DNA of 64,000 nucleotides from Sedimentisphaerales bacterium (GTDB lineage Bacteria; Planctomycetota; Phycisphaerae; Sedimentisphaerales; SM23-30): assembly GCA_963666285.1 (NCBI GenBank), contig OY762711.1; one strand, written 5' to 3'. Within the stretch, counting starts at the first letter, position 1. The number at the start of each line of letters is the position of its first letter. Below the pieces are notes generated by a model that had not been told where the DNA came from, made no database searches, and saw only the letters and a program-made list of their open reading frames with translations. The position numbers and the translations under genes are program-made. Of the stretch, positions 20,738 through 32,145 are shown piece by piece.

Positions 20738-22762
20738 TCAATTTGCCGATATTTCTTTATATCGAATCTCTGAACCAATAGAATCTATTAACTGCTCACC
20801 TCCCCAGCTAACTATACTTCCATCCTCTCTTAATGCAAAACCCCACCTCGAACTCCCTGATATAGCAACAAAGTTTTTTTCAGTTGGAATTCCGTTATTT
20901 TGACTCTCATCATGCGGCCCCCAGGCTACAATACTTCCATCAGACCTTAACCCCATACTGCAATACCCCCCTGCTGATATAGCAATAAAATCATTTTCTG
21001 TAGGAAACCCTAAACTCTGCCCCATCCTATTGCTGCCCCACATTACAATTGAACCATCTTGTTTTAACCCAAGACAATGACAGAAACCTAGAGAAATAGA
21101 GATAAAATCATTACCTGCTGGAACGTCCATTTGACCATCAAAATTCCTTCCCCAACCGACAATACTGCCGTCTGCCCGTAACGCAAGACTATTATCTGAA
21201 CCAGCAGCAATCTTTACATAGTCATTGCCAACTGGTTGATTATTTAATTGCCCTGATCGATTGCTGCCCCAACAAACAATACTGCCATCTCCTTTCAATG
21301 CAAGATTATGGTATCTTCCGGCTGAAATAGCGGTATAGTTATTACCGGCAGGTACTTCAAGCTGGCCAAGACTATTGTCACCCCAGGCAGCTAAACTGCC
21401 ATTTGACCTAATCGCGAGAACGTGATTCTGCCCCGCAGATACAGCTATAATTTCACTTTCAATATAATCTTCTTCAAATTGACCATCTTTGGTTTCAACC
21501 AGGTTAACAATAACCCCATCATCCCTCAACGCAATTACGTTAATGCTATTTTTAAGATAAGTCTTTTTTCCTTTTGTCATATCACTATTATCGACAGTAA
21601 AGTCATAATATGAATCCCATGGCCCTCTAGCCCCCCACCCAATAATTCGCCCATCTTCAGTTATTGCTAAACTATACCCATAAAAGTTTGAACTGACCGC
21701 TTTATATCTTCCTCTTGGACTATATCCCTCACCCCACTCATTTTTACCCCAACTTGCGATTGTTCCATCCTTCTTTAAGCCTAAACAGTAAGAATCACAT
21801 GCGGCCAGAGAAATAAAATCTTTGCCAGAAGGGACACAATCGAGAGGACCATACAATTTGCCTCCCCAGGCTGCAATGCTGCCATCTGACCTAAGGGCCA
21901 GATTATAACTGTCACCTGCAAATAATGAAGCAAATCCATTTTCTTTTGGCATACCAATCAATGGGCCAGACCATTTTTTTCCTGACCAGTCATACCCCCA
22001 TGATTCAATACTGCCATCTGTCCTGAGAGCCAAACTGTGCAGCATGCCAGCTGAGACAGAAACAAATTCATCTCCTTTTGGCACATCATCCACATTTCCA
22101 TATTTATTACTTCCCCAGGCAGCAATACTTCCGTCAGCCCGCAAAGCAACGCAATGATAATAACCAGAGGATATTGCTACATAATCATTCCCTTCAGGCA
22201 CTTCCAGTAGTCCATATTGATTACTGCCCCAGGCTACTATACTACCATCATTTTTTAACGCTATACAATGGCCTGTACCTATAGAGATCGCAATAAAATC
22301 ATTACCAGCAGGTACTTCTAACTGACCATCATCGTGATTCCCCCACGCAATAAGACTGCCATCTCCTCTTAAAGCAAGCACATTATTCAACTCTCCACAT
22401 ACAGCGACATAATCATTCCCGGCAAATTCATATTTGTTCATAAGCGGCGGGTGTGGAGAACCGACCATTCCATAAATTGTAAGTATAACCCCAATAACAC
22501 AAAGCCCTATACTGTACTTTCCCTTTTTAAGAGGCTTATCATCTTGTGATAAGTTACTAAAGTAACCTACTCCACATACAAAGCTGATAACAAACGGAAT
22601 AATAATAGCAGGCAAAAAAATACTTGAAACAATAAAGTAGACAAATGACTGATGGCCTTTGCACAAAGCTATAATTAATGCATATAACAATGCAATAATA
22701 AGCTCTATAATAGAGAATGTTAAGCATACTCCGGCTAATTTATTCGCTTTTTTATCATCCAT
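20738..22762 (-). CDS. Membrane-anchored RCC1/BLIP-II-like repeat beta-propeller protein
   Basis: Three N-terminal hydrophobic segments, then many ~39-aa repeats 'AISAGxxHxLALRxDGSIVAWGxNxxGQLxVPxGND'. Confidence 0.85.
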   Translation of the reverse strand: MDDKKANKLAGVCLTFSIIELIIALLYALIIALCKGHQSFVYFIVSSIFLPAIIIPFVISFVCGVGYFSNLSQDDKPLKKGKYSIGLCVIGVILTIYGMVGSPHPPLMNKYEFAGNDYVAVCGELNNVLALRGDGSLIAWGNHDDGQLEVPAGNDFIAISIGTGHCIALKNDGSIVAWGSNQYGLLEVPEGNDYVAISSGYYHCVALRADGSIAAWGSNKYGNVDDVPKGDEFVSVSAGMLHSLALRTDGSIESWGYDWSGKKWSGPLIGMPKENGFASLFAGDSYNLALRSDGSIAAWGGKLYGPLDCVPSGKDFISLAACDSYCLGLKKDGTIASWGKNEWGEGYSPRGRYKAVSSNFYGYSLAITEDGRIIGWGARGPWDSYYDFTVDNSDMTKGKKTYLKNSINVIALRDDGVIVNLVETKDGQFEEDYIESEIIAVSAGQNHVLAIRSNGSLAAWGDNSLGQLEVPAGNNYTAISAGRYHNLALKGDGSIVCWGSNRSGQLNNQPVGNDYVKIAAGSDNSLALRADGSIVGWGRNFDGQMDVPAGNDFISISLGFCHCLGLKQDGSIVMWGSNRMGQSLGFPTENDFIAISAGGYCSMGLRSDGSIVAWGPHDESQNNGIPTEKNFVAISGSSRWGFALREDGSIVSWGGEQLIDSIGSEIRYKEISAN

Positions 22763-23059
22763 TTATACACCACTCTAAAAACATATTTTAAGGTCCAATT
22801 GATTAGTCGAACAACTCATCATATTATTTCACAACCTTCTATGGCAATAGTTTATCTACTAATATTAATGGGATAATGAAAGGCTTCAGACACTTTTCTT
22901 GATAACTAATTACATAACAACGACTTATGCCGAAGCTGATTAAAGACTTATGACCTTGATAATAAACATCTCAAACTAACCGATTAGTATATTTTTATTG
23001 TAGTAATATTTTATAAGACAATTTGTTATTTAAATTTTTTACAGCAAAAGAACCTATTT

Positions 23060-23210
23060 CCACCTCAGCTAGCAATAAATTAGCCTCGCCGAAGGGGACT
23101 CCATAATCCTGCCAGCGCTGAGCTCCAGCTCGGCACATTGATTAAAAACAAACGTGAGACGAAAGTCGAACACCTCCTTTACACTTTTTATTTTACACTT
23201 TACTCTTTTG
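23060..23210 (-). repeat. Composite repeat fragments (families B and D)
   Basis: Minus strand: heptamers, then GGAGGTGTTCGACTTTCGTCTCACGTTTG (core of family B), then CCTTCGGCGAGGCTAATTTATTGCTAGCTGA (matches 50039-50070). Confidence 0.65.
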
Positions 23211-23232
23211 ATCCGCTTCCCGGCATTACTTC

Positions 23233-24486
23233 TTACCTCTTAAATTCACCCTCGGTAAATTTAACATTATACAACTCCTCATCCTTATCAACACACCCAA
23301 CCGCCTGGATAACGGCAAGCTTATTTTGCACACTTATCGGCTTTTCGGCTTTATAATCTCTCATCCGGCATCCGGACAATGTTACCGTCAGCTTCTTATC
23401 GCCCTTCACCAGCATATAATCCCACGATTGCCCGCCGGGTACCGTTGTCAGGGCGTCATTACCACCACAAAAACATTCTACATTATTAAGAGCCGTATGA
23501 CCCTGCCCTTCGATAATAATCGGATGAAGCCCCTCAACCGGCTCGCCGCTATTTGCGATAATAGAACCCTGGGCTATCTGCCAGTTGCGATTCTTCGATT
23601 GACTGCCCTTCTTATAAATACCGACCGCCACACAATCGAAATTAAAATTCGTCAGCTGACCGTAAGTCTCATTGCCAAGTAGAATTCCACCGTAAGTACC
23701 AAAAGTAAACAGATCGATCAGCTGGGCGTTATCAGTATGATTAATGGTATAGGCAAAGGTCTTTTTAGCAATTACCGAATCGACCACCGCACGACTGTAC
23801 TGCCCCTTGACAAACCTCTGGATCGCAGGGTTCACATGACAATGCAGAATGCGAGGGATATCATAGCAGTAATCTATCCGGATAAACTCTCCGCTCAGCG
23901 GATACCCGTAACAATGCTCAAACACCATAAGCTCACAACACTTACCCCCGGACGCATTAAAATCCATCGCCAGGTACTCACCATAGAACGTCAGGCACGA
24001 CAGATATACGCCTTGTGCATTACTTGTCTGCGACACCTTTATCGTAGCTGGATAAGCAATAATTGCTTCCGGATCATCTACCGTCTGCTCCGGGTACCAA
24101 AACTGAATCCCCTTTATCTGGGTAGCCGCCTCAACCGTAATAAAAGGATGTTCCCGGTCGGTTATCGCAAATACACTGCCAACCGGCTGTACCTTTTTGG
24201 GATGTCGCGTACCACGCGGGGTCGGACCATGCACGCCCACCAGCGAAACATTCCTCTTGAGTATCAGCCCGCCGTCCACCCGGTACGGCTCATCAGACGC
24301 CGGCACAAACAAAGATTCACCACTGCCGGACGCCCAGTCAATAGCCTTTTGCATATTAACTTTATTCTCAGCGGCAGTATTAGCCGCACTCACTCCAAAA
24401 TCTGTTATACTTCTGCCGCAAACAAATGAGACCATCGCATTCAGACATAATAGAACCGCAACAACATATCCGTTATTTGAAAACAT
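23233..24486 (-). CDS. Secreted pectate-lyase-superfamily / right-handed beta-helix protein
   Basis: 'SITDFGV...MQKAID...LFVP....YRV...L.L..NVSLVG' N-terminal signature, signal peptide. RBS AAAGGA. Confidence 0.7.
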   Translation of the reverse strand: MFSNNGYVVAVLLCLNAMVSFVCGRSITDFGVSAANTAAENKVNMQKAIDWASGSGESLFVPASDEPYRVDGGLILKRNVSLVGVHGPTPRGTRHPKKVQPVGSVFAITDREHPFITVEAATQIKGIQFWYPEQTVDDPEAIIAYPATIKVSQTSNAQGVYLSCLTFYGEYLAMDFNASGGKCCELMVFEHCYGYPLSGEFIRIDYCYDIPRILHCHVNPAIQRFVKGQYSRAVVDSVIAKKTFAYTINHTDNAQLIDLFTFGTYGGILLGNETYGQLTNFNFDCVAVGIYKKGSQSKNRNWQIAQGSIIANSGEPVEGLHPIIIEGQGHTALNNVECFCGGNDALTTVPGGQSWDYMLVKGDKKLTVTLSGCRMRDYKAEKPISVQNKLAVIQAVGCVDKDEELYNVKFTEGEFKR

Positions 24487-24718
24487 AGCATAATTCCTTT
24501 TTGTTCGCAAAATTACTATAAGTGACCGACTGGACACTTATAATACTATAACAGATATTTATTCGATTTGTTATCTTAAAATTAATAAGCCCCCCGCCTG
24601 CCCGGAGCTAGTCGAAGGATAGTCGAACACCTTCCCTTTTACCTCTCCCTCCTCGCTTCTCTCTTCTAACTCTTTGCATCCTTCATTAACTTCACTTCCT
24701 TCATGGTCAAAAAAATAT

Positions 24719-24991
24719 TCTTTGCGATCTTTGCGGCCTTTGCGAGCAATAAATATATTGTCTTTATTTTGCCAGATATCTATCAGGTTTCCAATCGGCT
24801 CAACATCGCATCAGACAGGTAGCTTAGCTGTCCCCGTTGAAAATCCTGAGTATAAAAATAGTACGAGCGGTATCTTCGGCGTTAGCCGTTCAAAATAAGT
24901 TTGCGTAGGACCAGACAAATTTTACCTTTTACTCTTTTACTGTATTCGTAGCATCTTCCTAACTTTATATTTACACCTGACACTTTTTATC
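24719..24991 (+). repeat. Dispersed ~270-bp repeat, family C copy 1
   Basis: Reverse complement of 48562-48889, with long identical blocks such as AATAGTACGAGCGGTATCTTCGGCGTTAGCCGTT. Confidence 0.9.
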
Positions 24992-25026
24992 TCTCATCCG
25001 TTTGCCAACAATTATGTTGGCATCTG

Positions 25027-28000
25027 CTAGAATTGATAGTTTCCTCTCAACGAAAAATCGCCAGATGTCTGGGAAATACCAAAATCGGCATTAAAAGTAC
25101 TTTTAAATTGATATCCTTTTGCAGATATCTTAAAAGTACACTTATCCAAATCAATAGCTATTGATTGGATAACGCCGGCAGGATTAGTCTTTTTATCTAA
25201 TCTATAAGCAAATTGCCGCATAGTGCTATTTTTTCTAACTAGACTAACAGTTTCGGTAAAATCATCCCAACTAATTTCTATATCACCAGAAAGATCCAAA
25301 CTATTGTCAGCAGCTGTAATAGTGCCTTGCAAAGACATTACATCACTATTTTTCCCACCAATTTGCACCTTTGTCAAATCAATAGAATCGCACACTCCCG
25401 ATTGCAATAACACGGGCAAGTCTTTATTACCATTAATTATGCTCTCATCTGCCTGGCTGACAAATACCGAACCTCCAATATTCAACTCAACCTCAATCGG
25501 AGATGTTAATCCGCTCATCGTCTGCAGACTCTTCCCCTGGAACTGATAACTATATTTACTGGCATCAATAACAAGCTTGGAAATGGCTCCATCGCTGCCT
25601 ATGTAATTCAAAATATTTCGATTGAGATCAGCTGGATTAATGGCTATTGTTTCTGTATAGTACGTTTTATTTGTATCCCTGATGCTCACAATTATAGATT
25701 CGCTATGAGCCAGACTATTCTGTAAAGCATCTTTTCGCTCAAATACCCCTTTTACTGTTATCGTATCTTTCGGAACAAGCCGATCTTTGCCAACCTGTAT
25801 TTTCACATCCTGTACAAACATCAAAGGCTCAGTAACATCAACCGTAAGTGTGCCCTGGTAGCTAAGTGTGCCAGCATTGTTATCAACCGTGTATATTATG
25901 GCGTCCTCACCGCTGAATCCAGAATCCGATACGTAAACAATGAGACCTGTTTCAGAATCCACTTCCACACTGCCATGTTCAGGCCCACTTAAAATTACAA
26001 TAGTACTGCCAGAAACAATATCACTAATCGTTTCCCTGGCACCGCCTAATACATCGACTTTAATAGCTTGCCCAGTATACACATTAACCTCTGGAGCATT
26101 GTCGATGACGTAAATATCGCCATTACCTCTTTTGCCTGCTGACCTGGTATCAATATCAAAATAAGCGACAAGTTTACTTCGTCTATATGAATTAGTGTCA
26201 GGATTGGGAACCGAGATAGAACCTGACGAGGTATAATCACTAAGTTTGTCCCCTGAAGATGGGACGCCTAAACTTCGACTGAAATTTGTAAGTTCCATAT
26301 CGTGACCTATAACAACTATTCTACCATCATCTTCAACTCGTAAAGTAGGCAAATATGACAAATCGTCCATTGAAGGAGGATTAAAAATTATCGTACTATT
26401 GTTACATGCACTAAATAGATCGTCACTGGTTAGGCTATAGCTTGTATTTAAACTGCCCCCTGTAACAACACAGGTTGAATTGTCATACGTTGAAAACGGG
26501 GCTGAACCATCATAACCAACCCCACAGAATCCCCCGGAAAAATACATCTCAGAATTACCAAACAGGTTAACACGACCTATTGAACCATTTGCAACATTGA
26601 TAGTTACATTATCGAATGTATTCAAATAGCGTACAAATCCACCTGACATGTCCACGCTGGTATTATCGTATGCGTTTATCGATATTCTTGAACCTTCTGA
26701 CATATCGGCCGTTGCATTATTATATAGATAAAGCGACTGATTGCTACTGGCTCCAGACATAACAGTAACATGAGTACCGCTCGACGGAATATCAAATTTA
26801 TCAACATAGACGGTTCCGGTTACACCCTCATCAATAATATGATATTGACCATCCGACCAGAAAAAATCACCTGATTGAGAATAGTCCGGATATCCAATTA
26901 CATCTGGAGACCCTATATATATATTGGCCGGCCCTTCTTCTTCTGATGAAATTTTGAAATATTTCTCGAATAGCGAACCATCTGACAAATATCCTGTAAC
27001 TTCTCCAATATAATTGCTTGACGCTTCATCCCAAACAGCGTGAGAACGCAGGTCATCTCCATCAAATACTGGAACATCATTCACCATGAAATTACTGCCA
27101 ACTAGGTAGATCGAAGCATTTTCAGAAACTCTGAGATCATAATTGGCATCATGTTCTCCTCCTGAAATGATCAACATCCCATAATCACCAGGATAAAAAC
27201 CACATGCAACCTTACCTCCGGATATATTACATATAGCAAAGTCTGTTATATCAATACTTATGGTATTTGTGCCTGGTTTGTGAACTCCCAGTATCCCGCC
27301 ACTCATATTAAAATACTGGTTACCAAAAATTCTAGAGCAATACATAGTATTACTGGAATTCGTCGCCCGCTTGTTATATACCGCTCCATCAACCCAGTTA
27401 ATCATACAATAGTTATCATGAAAATGAGCATCAGGAACTTGAGGCCATGCATTCTTATAATCAAGGGTATAAACGTCGCCAACAATGACGGTTACGCTGC
27501 CAACGTAAATAGTACCATTATTATCTTTTACGGAATATTTGAAACTATCAGTTCCGGAAAATAACTCATTCGGTATGTATGATATTACCCCCGTTTCAAC
27601 ATCCGAAACTAATGTCGCATTTTCAGATCCGCTTGAAATTGAAAGTGTAGAAACCTGCAGAACATTTACTTTATCATTGGCTAATACATCAATATCAACT
27701 CGATATCCAGAAAAAGTCCTGGCGAGATCATCCACAACCTGAGAGCCGGCTTGATCAGATAAATTGTTATTCAGCAATACAGTCCTGATGTTGTCACGTT
27801 CATTTGATTCGGCAATTGTATCAGCAGAATCCAATACAACATCCAAAGCGAAATAGTCCGCGGGTATTAATGCATAAGGAACTTCAAACGTTAATATTCG
27901 GCTCTGTTCAACAGCAGGTAATTGAACAGCTTGGCTAAATAATATATTATCATAGTCATTACTATCAACAAGTCTGACTTCAAAACTTTCTGTTGTTGCT

Positions 28001-31000
28001 GCAAAACCTGTATTTACCAGTCCCACTTTAACTTCAAAAGTGTTACTTTCTGTCCTGCAAACCTCCACTTCATTAACCGTCAGATTTGACCTGTATAAAT
28101 CTATCGATGAACTGTTATTCAGATAATCTTTATCCAGAATCTGATTGTCAGGATCAGCAACCACCCATACTCTTATCGGCTGACCGTCTTGAGGTATTGT
28201 CCAATTGGTAGAAACAATAACACTCTCCCCGGCAGCTAAGTTATCATCAATTACAACTTGAGAATCTATAAGGGTATATGTATTTGGCGAATCACCTAGA
28301 TAAAATGCTACAGATATACTTCCTGCGGAAATATCGCCATTATTCTTAATTTCCGCCTGCAACATAACAGTATCTCCCGGTGCAACCTCATCTTCCACAA
28401 CGGAAAGACTATCTGCTGCTACGGCAATATCCGGCAAAATAGTATATTCATAAGTACATAGATCAACCCGGCCAAACGCATCCAGACCAGCCATATCATC
28501 TATTATTTCTCTTTTGTTGTAAGCCAAGGTGATTACATCTGACTCTGAATAAACCGCCGTAACGGATTGCTCCATATCTCTACTATGAGTTATCTGGTTC
28601 TCATTTGACCATGAATCAGATAACGGATCATACGTTGCGGCGTAAATATCAGAACCATCCAGTGAAGCATCATGCCAAATAACAGAGATATTACCGGATG
28701 AACTTACTACAGGGACAAAAGCTCGCTGCCCGGAAGAGCCTGCCTGGTCGACGACATACTGAATACCTGTCATATCCAATATGTTTGTCGTACTGGCAAT
28801 TTGACCGTTCCTTGACCACAGTAGCATCAAATCTGACGATTGCCAAATGAGATAAGGATTAACATTCGATATCTCTTGCTCGTCTGTTAAAAATATCGGC
28901 ACAGACCAAGTACCACTCGTATTATCCAGATATACCAGATCGTTATCTCCATCAGTTTGAATATCACCATCTCTATCAAGACTGTAAACTATATAATTTG
29001 AGTCCTTATCTGTCTGGACAGTAATACTATTGATCAAACCATTTCCACTTGAAAGTATTTCTGTATCAAGCCATCCGTTTGATGTCTTTGTCCGCCCCAT
29101 AAGGTAATTTGTAACTGGTAGTGTCTGGCCAACCATATCACTATTATCATCGTGCGCCCAAACTATCGTAATATTACCATCGCCTTCACACATGACTTTG
29201 GGCATATAATCCATCGCCGAACTATCACATACCGTTTCAACTCGCCAGATATCCAAAGTATTGTCATATACAGCCATCTTAATATCAAGAGTGGCTGACA
29301 ATCCAATTATATCAGTATCATCAGGTATCAGGTGCGATGCATTAGCCCATACGCAACGGAAATCCCCCTCATGATCGACAATTAGACAAGGTGTTGCATC
29401 TGCGGTACCATCATTGTCAATTGCTGCCGGTTCTGACCAGCCGCTGCCGTTATTGATACTATATACTAACATGGTCCTGTCAAGACTGTTACGATATGGG
29501 TCATCATATAGCCATACAAGACATTTTGTATTACCAGAAATGGCTAGTTTAGGATTTGACTGGCTAAAAATATTTGTCTGTAATGTAGTTTCCTCATTAA
29601 CCTGATTACTCTTTGTAAACTTTTTATTGATACTGCTATTCGATCCGTACCATTGGGCATAATCCTGCGTAATATATTTACGAGACATAGGCTCAAGCAT
29701 ATCAATTGAAATACTTTTTCTTGCAGTTTTTTTCGTATTCTCTTCTGGCAAACGGAAATGAAATCCTTGTTGTTCCCATTTGTATACGAAAAAATACGCT
29801 CGCAGCCCGCCATCTAAAGCTAAATAGTGGTCTCCAATTTCAGGATAGCCCATATTGCTGAAAGAAGCGATAAGCCCAGTACTGCCTTTTAAATAGCCTT
29901 CTCCTGAAATAACTTCAGAAATCCCTACTCCAAATATTAACTCTAACGCTGCACTTGGAGATAATTCTCCGGTATATAAAAATCCTTCATTACCACCAAA
30001 CCCGGTTAATGACAGGTTGCCGCTCACTGTTGCGTTAGCACTCCCGTTGATAAATATTGGTATTGGTGGTGTTGTAGGAACAACATAATACTTTGGTGTA
30101 AATTTCTTGCCGGCAGACACTTCACAACCTATTGCTCCGCCAGGAGTCCATGACCCTTCATAACGTAATACAATATCTGTCCAGACCAGAGCATCAAAAC
30201 TGATACCGGCAATCTTTAATGCATCATCTTTTTTCATGCCGAGTTTGTCTGATTTGATACTGATATTACATATACCATCACCTGAAATATCCGCTGAAAC
30301 TTCTACGATAGTGTCAAATGATGTTGATGCAATCTCCTCTATACCGCTTTGGTTAGGATTAAGTACATTACCTTCTCCTGTTAACACTGCATCATATCTG
30401 GGAAATTGAAGGCTAAATGTACTGGATGCATACTTTAAGCCAAGATTTGTTGGTTTAACGCTTAAATAATTTGCCGGAACAATAACTGGTGATTCTATAA
30501 CTTCAAAATTTGCTTCAACTCTTGCTGACTTCGATCCATCTTCACCGATTGCTTCAACCGAAAGTTTTTCACCTGAACCAAATTCACCAACATCAAATAC
30601 CCGGCTTAATGTATTACTGGAAACATCATCCATTGCTATGGCATTGTCACCCAAATACCAGATAAGTTCGCTGGCTTCGGGACCGTCAGCACTTATCATG
30701 ACAGTAAATTCCTGGCCAAGCGAAACATCTTTTATAAAATAAACGCTCTTGTTTTTATTGCAATATTCACTGGAAATACCTGTTATTACGGGACCGTCAG
30801 CATTTTTAATCTCAAATAAATCTGTTATGTCAGAATACGTTTCTCCGGCAATTTCAGCTGATACTTTTGCAATATACTCATTTCCATAAGCGTAAGGGAT
30901 ATCTGTTTTGCTATACCAGATTAAATGCCTGTCCCCTGACTGAATATTACTTCCGATATCACCGCTATATTTCGAACATTTTACATCCCAGGTTTTACCG

Positions 31001-31746
31001 CCATCATCACTAACTGACAATTCCACTTTAGATGCTTCTTGGATTAATGTATAAGATATGTCAACAATACCTGAATTATCATCTCGTTGCAAAGCTGAAA
31101 CATTTGAAACTGGTGAAGGAAGTATTACAATATCTGCTGATTTTGAACCATAAATCTTATATTTATTGTTCAACGAACTGCCATCAGCTAACGTACCGGT
31201 AATTGTTCCGGCTAATACACTTGAACCCAACGATCTTAAACTGGTATTGGGCGATAGTGATACTCCATTTACGGAAAAATTACTGCCATAAATATATATC
31301 TTGCCATAATCGCTAGTAGCAATTATATCTTGAATTTCACCACCTAATAAATATAACGTTCCTGAATTATTTACATTTATCTTTTCCCATATATATCCAC
31401 CTTTCATTATACAACTGCTGTTGCCCCAAACATAAAGATCTTTCAGTCTGCCGCTTTCTATTACACCCTGACAATTATCATTCAAAATAATATTTTGAAC
31501 AACATTTCCACCTTCAAGATATACATTTGACCAGTAATATGCATGAATATAACTTACTTTCCCTCCCTCGGAGACTGTTAAACTTGTACCTGGCTGGTTT
31601 ACACTGTATTGGTCTAAATTATATGGCACACGATTTTGATCATCATTAACCGTATGACTCAATCCATCAGACAAATCTAAAGCTACTAATGAACTCGCAT
31701 GAAATATGATGACAACCAAGGTAAAGAAAAACACTGTCCGCTTCAT
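25027..31746 (-). CDS. Giant (2239 aa) secreted modular protein: three GG-rich beta-repeat modules, CARDB-like and Big_9/Ig-like domains
   Basis: Signal peptide, CARDB 'VADPDNQI...NN' and 'LDSADTIAESNERDN', Big_9 'IDVLAND...YIPN..FSGTDSFKYSVKD', C-terminus 'GNYQF'. Confidence 0.85.
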   Translation of the reverse strand: MKRTVFFFTLVVIIFHASSLVALDLSDGLSHTVNDDQNRVPYNLDQYSVNQPGTSLTVSEGGKVSYIHAYYWSNVYLEGGNVVQNIILNDNCQGVIESGRLKDLYVWGNSSCIMKGGYIWEKINVNNSGTLYLLGGEIQDIIATSDYGKIYIYGSNFSVNGVSLSPNTSLRSLGSSVLAGTITGTLADGSSLNNKYKIYGSKSADIVILPSPVSNVSALQRDDNSGIVDISYTLIQEASKVELSVSDDGGKTWDVKCSKYSGDIGSNIQSGDRHLIWYSKTDIPYAYGNEYIAKVSAEIAGETYSDITDLFEIKNADGPVITGISSEYCNKNKSVYFIKDVSLGQEFTVMISADGPEASELIWYLGDNAIAMDDVSSNTLSRVFDVGEFGSGEKLSVEAIGEDGSKSARVEANFEVIESPVIVPANYLSVKPTNLGLKYASSTFSLQFPRYDAVLTGEGNVLNPNQSGIEEIASTSFDTIVEVSADISGDGICNISIKSDKLGMKKDDALKIAGISFDALVWTDIVLRYEGSWTPGGAIGCEVSAGKKFTPKYYVVPTTPPIPIFINGSANATVSGNLSLTGFGGNEGFLYTGELSPSAALELIFGVGISEVISGEGYLKGSTGLIASFSNMGYPEIGDHYLALDGGLRAYFFVYKWEQQGFHFRLPEENTKKTARKSISIDMLEPMSRKYITQDYAQWYGSNSSINKKFTKSNQVNEETTLQTNIFSQSNPKLAISGNTKCLVWLYDDPYRNSLDRTMLVYSINNGSGWSEPAAIDNDGTADATPCLIVDHEGDFRCVWANASHLIPDDTDIIGLSATLDIKMAVYDNTLDIWRVETVCDSSAMDYMPKVMCEGDGNITIVWAHDDNSDMVGQTLPVTNYLMGRTKTSNGWLDTEILSSGNGLINSITVQTDKDSNYIVYSLDRDGDIQTDGDNDLVYLDNTSGTWSVPIFLTDEQEISNVNPYLIWQSSDLMLLWSRNGQIASTTNILDMTGIQYVVDQAGSSGQRAFVPVVSSSGNISVIWHDASLDGSDIYAATYDPLSDSWSNENQITHSRDMEQSVTAVYSESDVITLAYNKREIIDDMAGLDAFGRVDLCTYEYTILPDIAVAADSLSVVEDEVAPGDTVMLQAEIKNNGDISAGSISVAFYLGDSPNTYTLIDSQVVIDDNLAAGESVIVSTNWTIPQDGQPIRVWVVADPDNQILDKDYLNNSSSIDLYRSNLTVNEVEVCRTESNTFEVKVGLVNTGFAATTESFEVRLVDSNDYDNILFSQAVQLPAVEQSRILTFEVPYALIPADYFALDVVLDSADTIAESNERDNIRTVLLNNNLSDQAGSQVVDDLARTFSGYRVDIDVLANDKVNVLQVSTLSISSGSENATLVSDVETGVISYIPNELFSGTDSFKYSVKDNNGTIYVGSVTVIVGDVYTLDYKNAWPQVPDAHFHDNYCMINWVDGAVYNKRATNSSNTMYCSRIFGNQYFNMSGGILGVHKPGTNTISIDITDFAICNISGGKVACGFYPGDYGMLIISGGEHDANYDLRVSENASIYLVGSNFMVNDVPVFDGDDLRSHAVWDEASSNYIGEVTGYLSDGSLFEKYFKISSEEEGPANIYIGSPDVIGYPDYSQSGDFFWSDGQYHIIDEGVTGTVYVDKFDIPSSGTHVTVMSGASSNQSLYLYNNATADMSEGSRISINAYDNTSVDMSGGFVRYLNTFDNVTINVANGSIGRVNLFGNSEMYFSGGFCGVGYDGSAPFSTYDNSTCVVTGGSLNTSYSLTSDDLFSACNNSTIIFNPPSMDDLSYLPTLRVEDDGRIVVIGHDMELTNFSRSLGVPSSGDKLSDYTSSGSISVPNPDTNSYRRSKLVAYFDIDTRSAGKRGNGDIYVIDNAPEVNVYTGQAIKVDVLGGARETISDIVSGSTIVILSGPEHGSVEVDSETGLIVYVSDSGFSGEDAIIYTVDNNAGTLSYQGTLTVDVTEPLMFVQDVKIQVGKDRLVPKDTITVKGVFERKDALQNSLAHSESIIVSIRDTNKTYYTETIAINPADLNRNILNYIGSDGAISKLVIDASKYSYQFQGKSLQTMSGLTSPIEVELNIGGSVFVSQADESIINGNKDLPVLLQSGVCDSIDLTKVQIGGKNSDVMSLQGTITAADNSLDLSGDIEISWDDFTETVSLVRKNSTMRQFAYRLDKKTNPAGVIQSIAIDLDKCTFKISAKGYQFKSTFNADFGISQTSGDFSLRGNYQF

Positions 31747-32145
31747 AAATAATATACTCCGAAAATAGTCTTAAAAGACAAATCACCGCGCCATACGTGC
31801 ATATTGACAACAATATGCAAAATTAAACGATACACTATATCATAATGGAACATGAAAAACAAATTAAATTAGAAAACGCTCACAGTGTGAGTGCTCCCCA
31901 AAAAACATGCGGTATGCCAGATACAAAACATCGTTTTACGCTCTTTCATGTGGTTTTATACACAATCATCTATTTTTAGAAATCTAGTTTTCAAACAAAC
32001 AACATTTATCATAAACATATAAATGCAAAGCAGTTAAAAAGTAAGGCATCTTGTTCAATATTTGAATTACAGAGTGCCGGAAAAAGAAAATGCGTCCATT
32101 GATTCCATTCCGCTCAAAATAATATAATTTTTTTACGAAAAATAT

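Noticed and set aside
20738..22400. CRISPR-like periodicity
   Set aside because: The periodicity is in-frame, degenerate RCC1 protein repeats. There are no identical direct repeats or cas genes.
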